A stretch of 43,596 nucleotides of DNA, from sequence record PX871048.2, one strand, 5' to 3'. A model generated the notes under the pieces. The model was not told the DNA's origin and did not search any database. It saw only the letters and a program-made list of their open reading frames with translations. The first letter of the stretch is position 1; every line of letters begins with the position of its first letter. Of the stretch, positions 43,237 through 43,596 are shown one piece after another. Source of the stretch: a phage. The translations under genes and the position numbers were made by a program.

Positions 43237-43596
43237 TTGCTCCAGTTTGCCCGTTGGAACTTCATAACCCGCCACAAACGGCGGGAGTTTGACAGTATCG
43301 CAGATGGGCATAAAGCCGCGCTAATTGCTATGGGGGCTATGCAAGACGCGCCGGAAGCAACGCAGGACACCGGGCCGGAATGCCCCCCTGAACTATTAAC
43401 CACCTTCGAGAAGTACCGGGAAATCAAATTTACCCGCCGAGTGGATGACGACGGCATCAAGATGTACCCGCGCGAACAGTTAAGATGGTCGGATTTAGTG
43501 GCATACAGCACCGTTTCAGGCCAGAATATAGGCATGTTTGAATCTGACATCATCATGAGCTTAGACGCTATTTTCGAGGGTAGAAACGATGGCTGA
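43237..43596 (+). CDS. possible -1 frameshift extension of tail assembly chaperone (T-like) or separate ORF
   Basis: -1 frame open from about 43204; AGGAAAAG lies just before the G-frame stop; ORF ends at last base of window. Confidence 0.35.
   Translation: MLQFARWNFITRHKRREFDSIADGHKAALIAMGAMQDAPEATQDTGPECPPELLTTFEKYREIKFTRRVDDDGIKMYPREQLRWSDLVAYSTVSGQNIGMFESDIIMSLDAIFEGRNDG

Noticed and set aside
1-43596. CRISPR arrays, integrase or attachment sites, tRNA or rRNA genes
   Set aside because: No regularly spaced short direct repeats, no tyrosine/serine recombinase-like ORF and no cloverleaf tRNA seen on reading; the only notable direct repeat is the 59-bp tandem duplication.

Overview
The window reads as a complete or near-complete genome of a tailed (siphovirus-type) enterobacterial phage, about 43.6 kb. 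All calls below come from reading the sequence and ORF track by eye; no searches were run, and coordinates of promoters, terminators and sub-60-aa ORFs are approximate (a few nt). Layout: (1) tail module on + (1-9033): tape measure protein, minor tail proteins, a large tail-tip gene whose frame is broken by a perfect 59-bp tandem duplication, and a beta-helix tailspike. (2) Replication module on - (9065-20653): SF2 helicase, VRR-NUC nuclease, family-A DNA polymerase, SSB-like protein, Cas4-like exonuclease, primase/helicase, with an isolated + strand XRE-type HTH regulator at 17637-17852. (3) Early small-gene cluster on + (21130-27501) ending in holin, endolysin and tandem terminators. (4) Late module on + (27623-40028): small and large terminase, portal, MuF-like protein, scaffold, major capsid, connectors, major tail protein, with the overlapped Rz/Rz1 spanin pair displaced into it. 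(5) A minus-strand accessory island (40057-42707) between the major tail gene and the tail chaperones. Most worth a second look: the frame-breaking 59-bp duplication; two paralogous promoter-driven structured elements with compensatory stem changes (candidate sRNAs); a palindrome AATAG-N4-CTATT embedded in at least eight promoters of two classes; antisense moron genes inside the structural module driven by early-class promoters; and the kinase/HAD/metallophosphoesterase/immunity island. The same 8 nt (ATGGCTGA) occur at both window ends.
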